A stretch of DNA of 64,000 nucleotides from a bacterium (GTDB lineage: Bacteria > Hinthialibacterota > Hinthialibacteria > Hinthialibacterales > Hinthialibacteraceae). The notes beneath the pieces are model-generated. The model saw nothing but the letters and a program-made list of their open reading frames with translations. It was not told the origin of the DNA and searched no databases. Numbering within the stretch: position 1 is the stretch's first letter; each line of letters opens with the position of its first letter. The position numbers were made by a program, and so were the translations under genes. The stretch lies in contig CAXXMV010000002.1 of the NCBI GenBank assembly GCA_963662285.2, forward strand, positions 1,784,150-1,848,149. The letters run 5' to 3'. Shown piece after piece: positions 59,515 through 64,000 of the stretch.

Positions 59515-61241
59515 ACGATAATCCACTGTCTAATTTTAAGTATGATTATGGCGATGCCAGCGAACGTGTTGATAAATTACGCAAAGGATCGCATCTGAAG
59601 GACGTCGCCCAGAAAATTCGTTCCACGGTTGTGGAATCCGTTGATAATCAAAGTATCCAGCAGCAACGATTCGAACGCATGATGCGTGATGGGGTGGCGG
59701 TTGAAATACGCAATGCCATCTTGGAGGTGCGCCGCGAACTCGATCAGCATGAAAAAATGGGGCGTTTTTCCAAGACCAGTCTGGAGATGGCGAACGAATT
59801 CCGCCGATTCGGAGAGGGTTTTTTACAACGTAAAATCCTGTTGGAGAAAGTGGAAAACGGCATCGAAGAATTACGCAGCAAAATTAGCAACGGTTCGACT
59901 CCATCTCTGGAATTGAAATTGAACCAAGCTGTGTATAACGCCAATAAAATAAAAGATGAATGTATAATTATTTCAGATAAGTTGGTTGTTTTACGGGAGA
60001 GAGTAGATCAGCAGGTTAGTAAAGATCAGATCCAGGAACAGACTCTTAAACAAACCATGGAGCGTTGTCTCAATCAATTGCCCAAACAGGAACGGGGCAA
60101 ACTTATGGTTAATATTAACCATAAAATTGAAAAATTACCTATCGAAAACAGGCTTACTTTTTTCTCTCAATTAATTCAACAATTTGCCAGAAAAATTCCC
60201 GCAATACGCGAAGAAGAGGTCGAGCGTTTATGCTACAGAGCGAAACAACTTGCCAAAACACGCTCTAAAGAAGCGCTTCATTTGATTGATAAAATTTTTC
60301 AATTTGATAAAGAATATATTCCCGCTCACCGGCTTCGCGCCGAAATCTTTCATGAAATGGGTAATAAGATTGCCTATATTTGTGAATTAAGAATGATTAT
60401 TAAAATCGATCTCGCTGAAGCGAGAGATTTTAATGTTTTGGGAGAGGTCTTGTATGCAAGCGGACAGATTGATGAGGCCTATGGATTATTTGAAGATACT
60501 GTTTCTAAAGACCCATGCCCAAAATTTTTAGAACGACTGGGCGATGTGGCCATGGAGATGAAGCGCTGGTTCAGGGCTATTCAGGTTTATCAACAGATTT
60601 TGAAGCAAACGCCGCACCTCGCTCGGGTGATGCATAAGTATGGAAAGGCCCTGTTGGAGAATAGCAGAGAGGATGAAGCTTTCGATGTTCTGCGTGAAGC
60701 TATCCAGATCAAAGACGATAGCGCTGAATCACGAGTTTGCGTTGGACGAATATATCGACGCCGCTCAGCTTATCAGGAAGCATACGATTCCTTCAAGAAA
60801 GCGGTGGCATTGGATGATCATAACATAGAAGCTTATTACTGGTGGGGCGCCATGCTGCTGGATCGCGGAGAGTTTGAAGACGCTTTATCCAATGCGGAAA
60901 AATTAGTTGAACTTGATTCCAAGCGCACCCGCAATCGTCTGCTTTTAGCTCGATGTATGGCATCGTTTGGCCGTCATAAGGAAGCTTGTGAGACATTGGT
61001 TCCATGTCTATCAGCCAAAACTCCATCTGTTGATCTGTTATTGACCTATTCGGAAATGTCCCGCAATTCAGGGAATGAAGAGAAAGCCATCGAAATATTG
61101 GGTGAGTTCGTTAAACGTTTCCCCCGGCAACCTCAAATTCGCGCGGAATATGGAGTACTGTTAGTGCAGGTAGGGCGGTTCGAAGAGGCTAATCAATATC
61201 TTGAGCCGGGAAGCGCATTTGGCGCCAAGATAAGCGCCTAG
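59511..61241 (+). CDS. Tetratricopeptide-repeat protein with N-terminal coiled coil
   Basis: Multiple TPR-like units (LGEVLYASGQIDEAY, YGKALL, VGRIY, WGAMLLDRGEFEDA); overlaps the upstream stop. Confidence 0.85.
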   Translation: MNDNPLSNFKYDYGDASERVDKLRKGSHLKDVAQKIRSTVVESVDNQSIQQQRFERMMRDGVAVEIRNAILEVRRELDQHEKMGRFSKTSLEMANEFRRFGEGFLQRKILLEKVENGIEELRSKISNGSTPSLELKLNQAVYNANKIKDECIIISDKLVVLRERVDQQVSKDQIQEQTLKQTMERCLNQLPKQERGKLMVNINHKIEKLPIENRLTFFSQLIQQFARKIPAIREEEVERLCYRAKQLAKTRSKEALHLIDKIFQFDKEYIPAHRLRAEIFHEMGNKIAYICELRMIIKIDLAEARDFNVLGEVLYASGQIDEAYGLFEDTVSKDPCPKFLERLGDVAMEMKRWFRAIQVYQQILKQTPHLARVMHKYGKALLENSREDEAFDVLREAIQIKDDSAESRVCVGRIYRRRSAYQEAYDSFKKAVALDDHNIEAYYWWGAMLLDRGEFEDALSNAEKLVELDSKRTRNRLLLARCMASFGRHKEACETLVPCLSAKTPSVDLLLTYSEMSRNSGNEEKAIEILGEFVKRFPRQPQIRAEYGVLLVQVGRFEEANQYLEPGSAFGAKISA

Positions 61242-61317
61242 ATCAATTACTGAAAAAAGTTAGTATAATATTAGCTTGGTATATAGTTGATTTTGTCATC
61301 CGGACGGGATAGGCAGC

Positions 61318-62574
61318 ATGAAACAGTATACGCCAACCATATTACGTAATACCATCACTCTCATTCTTGCGGGGGGACAGGGTGAGCGACTCTTTCCATT
61401 AACCAAGGATCGTTCTAAACCTTCCGTACCTTTCGCTGGATCGTATCGCATCATCGATTTTTCTCTCTCGAACTGCATCAATTCCGCTTTGCGCAAGATA
61501 TTTGTTTTAACCCAGTATAAATCTCAATCGCTTAACCGGCATCTGAGGGATGGTTGGGATTTATTAAGCCGTGAATTGAACGAGTTCATCGAAAACGTTC
61601 CTCCGCAGAAAAGGATTCATTCGCATTGGTATGAAGGAACCAGTGATGCAATTTATCAGAATGTTTTTCTTATAGAACAGTTCAAACCAGAGCGCATTTT
61701 AGTCTTGTCGGGAGACCATATCTACCGGATGGATTATCGGGAACTGATTGCTTATCACCTGCAGAAAAACGCTGATGTAACCATTGCCAGTTATGAGTAT
61801 CCCAGTGAAAAAGCGCGTTCCTTTGGCGTGATGAAGGTAAACCAGAATGGCCGCGTTCGTGATTTCTTAGAAAAACCAGATAATCCGCCTGAAATTCCCG
61901 GAAAACCGGGATGCTCTCTGGTCAACATGGGTATCTATATTTTCAACACTTCATGTTTAGTACGCTCAGTTATTCAGGAACACAAAAATCCCGCGTCTAA
62001 TCATGATCTCGGAAAAAACGTATTTCCACGGCTGGTCAAGGACGAAAAATCTGCCGTTTATGCATTTCCATTTAATAATCAAGATAGTCACAAACCTTAT
62101 TGGCGTGATGTCGGCAGTCTTTCCAGCTACTATAATTCCAGCATGGATTTACTTGATGAAGATCAGGCTTTCGACCTTTTTTCCAGGGATTGGCCGTTTC
62201 GAAGCGCTACTGTGCAATTACCGCCTAGTCAGCTGAATTTGAATAATAGTAATGTTAGTATAAGTCAATCATTAATATCTCTTGGATGCCGGATAGAAGG
62301 CGCCTTGAATAAATGCATCATCTCTCCAGGCGTTAATATTGGCGAGGGTAGTCAATTAGATGGCTGCATCGTTTTCAATGGCGTTGAAATTGGTCGTAAT
62401 TGCAGAATTAAGAATACCATTATCGATAAAAACGCCCATATCCCGGATGGTTGTGAAATTGGATATGACGCAGAGATGGATAGCCAGCAATTTATGGTGA
62501 CTAATAACCAGCTAGTTATTATCCCCAAAGGTATGGTCGTTGAAAAAGAGATTGCGGAAATTAAAAAAAAATAG
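61318..62574 (+). CDS. glgC: Glucose-1-phosphate adenylyltransferase
   Basis: LAGGQGERLFPLT, KPSVPF, LTQYKS, GTSDAIYQN, LSGDH, FLEKP, YWRDVG, C-terminal beta-helix. Confidence 0.96.
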   Translation: MKQYTPTILRNTITLILAGGQGERLFPLTKDRSKPSVPFAGSYRIIDFSLSNCINSALRKIFVLTQYKSQSLNRHLRDGWDLLSRELNEFIENVPPQKRIHSHWYEGTSDAIYQNVFLIEQFKPERILVLSGDHIYRMDYRELIAYHLQKNADVTIASYEYPSEKARSFGVMKVNQNGRVRDFLEKPDNPPEIPGKPGCSLVNMGIYIFNTSCLVRSVIQEHKNPASNHDLGKNVFPRLVKDEKSAVYAFPFNNQDSHKPYWRDVGSLSSYYNSSMDLLDEDQAFDLFSRDWPFRSATVQLPPSQLNLNNSNVSISQSLISLGCRIEGALNKCIISPGVNIGEGSQLDGCIVFNGVEIGRNCRIKNTIIDKNAHIPDGCEIGYDAEMDSQQFMVTNNQLVIIPKGMVVEKEIAEIKKK

Positions 62575-62625
62575 CAAAAGCTCCTTAAAATGCTTCAAAA
62601 TAACGTTTGTTTTAATATATAAAAT

Positions 62626-64000
62626 ATGGAATATCAAAAAATATTTGCGCAAAACCTTTCTTGCCTTCGTAAATACCATCCAGATATTTATTCGCTTATT
62701 CAAATTACATCTTTATGTAAGTCGGATGTTGTTTCTGCTGATATCGAATCTTTCGTAGGAAGCGTCAGGTCATCTTTAGAATCCGGTTCGGATTACTTTT
62801 ATTGGATTGGCTTAGGTGACGGGAGTGCGTTCGAGCAATGCGCGGATGAAATCGTAAGCGGAAATAGGGGCGTTATGGTGCTCGAACCATCGCTGGATGA
62901 TTTTATATCTGTTCTATATACCCGTGATATGCGGGCATGGTTCAAAAACTTGAAGATCGAGTGGATCATAGGCCATGATTATAAAGCGCAGGTCGAACGA
63001 ATATGGCGCCTCAGTCTTTGTTACGCCGCCGCCAATCCTTCATTTCTTATCACTGCATCAGCTATTTCAGATGATAGATTAACCTTGCTTAAAGAAATGC
63101 TCGATTATATACGCATAGAGTGCATCAAGCGGAAAAAAGAATTAACCGCGAGGATCAAGAATTTACCTGCAATTTTGAAAGATAGAAAAGATGGCCCCCT
63201 ACGGATTTGGACCTTTGATGATTTTCGCGGGAGAGCGCGTTTTTCGACCATTCAAAGCGTTTTGATCCGTAACATATTTCATGGTCTCCGCAGTAAAGGA
63301 TGTCAGACTGAATATACGGTGCTGCGCGATGGTCATTATTATCCCCCCTATTACCGGGTTTTTAAGATGGCTCTCTTTGAGCCGGACATTATATTTATGT
63401 GCAATCAGGGATCGGCTTATGATACGGCGCTAGGCGCGGAATTAAGCCGCTCGCTGGATATTCCCAAAGTGATCTGGTTCGCAGATGATCCGGTTTATGC
63501 AGAGCATTTGATTCTGCGCAACAAGACCTCCGCCGAAGAGACTTATCTGGTGGCGGATTATGAATGGGGCGATCCACTAGTTGAGAATGGCGCCGCGCCG
63601 CCTCAATTTATGCCGGGAGCGGCCACGCGAATCCGCCGGGGCAAGAAACGGGGATCGAGAAAATGTGATTTGGTTTTTGTCGGACAAGTGCGCGATCAGC
63701 GCGCCTTTTTTCAGTCTCTATCTCCTGCCTGGAGAGATTATTGTCAGAAGGTGATTCAGGAGAAATTACGCTTTCCACGCAAGAAGGTGCGTGAGGTAAT
63801 GGCGCAGTTTCCCGCGCCGGGAATGCTTGAAGCGGATCGCACTGATGAACTGCGCCAGAAGGTGTTATGGGAAGCCAATACCCGTTTCCGGCTTAAGGTT
63901 ATTGAATCACTTACAGATTATGATCTGCGTATTTACGGTAATGATGCATGGCTGTCACTATTACCTCCCCTAATCGCTGGACGTTGTTTTAGGGGATTGC
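62626..64000 (+). CDS. CgeB-like glycosyltransferase with Maf-like N-terminal region, 3'-truncated by window edge (absent from ORF track)
   Basis: Frame read by hand from ATG 62626: MEYQKIFAQNLSCLRKYHP, WIGLGDG, VLEP, EPDIIF, IPKVIWFADDP, DLVFVG; no stop seen before the edge. Confidence 0.75.
   Translation, partial: MEYQKIFAQNLSCLRKYHPDIYSLIQITSLCKSDVVSADIESFVGSVRSSLESGSDYFYWIGLGDGSAFEQCADEIVSGNRGVMVLEPSLDDFISVLYTRDMRAWFKNLKIEWIIGHDYKAQVERIWRLSLCYAAANPSFLITASAISDDRLTLLKEMLDYIRIECIKRKKELTARIKNLPAILKDRKDGPLRIWTFDDFRGRARFSTIQSVLIRNIFHGLRSKGCQTEYTVLRDGHYYPPYYRVFKMALFEPDIIFMCNQGSAYDTALGAELSRSLDIPKVIWFADDPVYAEHLILRNKTSAEETYLVADYEWGDPLVENGAAPPQFMPGAATRIRRGKKRGSRKCDLVFVGQVRDQRAFFQSLSPAWRDYCQKVIQEKLRFPRKKVREVMAQFPAPGMLEADRTDELRQKVLWEANTRFRLKVIESLTDYDLRIYGNDAWLSLLPPLIAGRCFRGL

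Noticed and set aside
62540-62758. 72-aa ORF after glgC
   Set aside because: Overlaps the better-supported long frame starting at 62626

Overview
Bacterial chromosomal window. Core genes (folC, tatA/tatC, rluD-pyrR-pyrB-pyrC, cysK, pfkA, glgC, gluconokinase, DEAD-box helicase, RsbU/RsbW-like pair) and surface-glycan genes (Wzt, dual methyltransferase with coiled coil, GT4, 4,6-dehydratase, CgeB-like GT) are interleaved with many secreted modular proteins. The style of the GspG-like pseudopilins and secreted proteins suggests a Hinthialibacterota (OLB16)/Sumerlaeota-like organism; this is inference only. No rRNA, tRNA or CRISPR array was seen. Main finding: six signal-peptide proteins of five unrelated architectures end in the same ~9-residue C-terminal tag, [TS]-x-[VI]-x-x-[WY]-x-[LIY]-[YH], a candidate undescribed secretion or sorting signal. 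Two of the tagged proteins bracket an apparent operon with two pseudopilins, an exported CbiX-like chelatase and a His-rich protein, a candidate metal-acquisition system. Two other secreted proteins share an unnamed ~155-aa N-terminal domain instead of the tag. Other observations: an AT-rich stand-alone MrfA/Hrq1-like helicase, a DEAD-box helicase with an N-terminal RRM-like domain, a probably degenerate PyrC, duplicated gene 3' ends, several REP-like repeat families and two IS remnants. All product calls come from motif recognition by eye; no searches were run.
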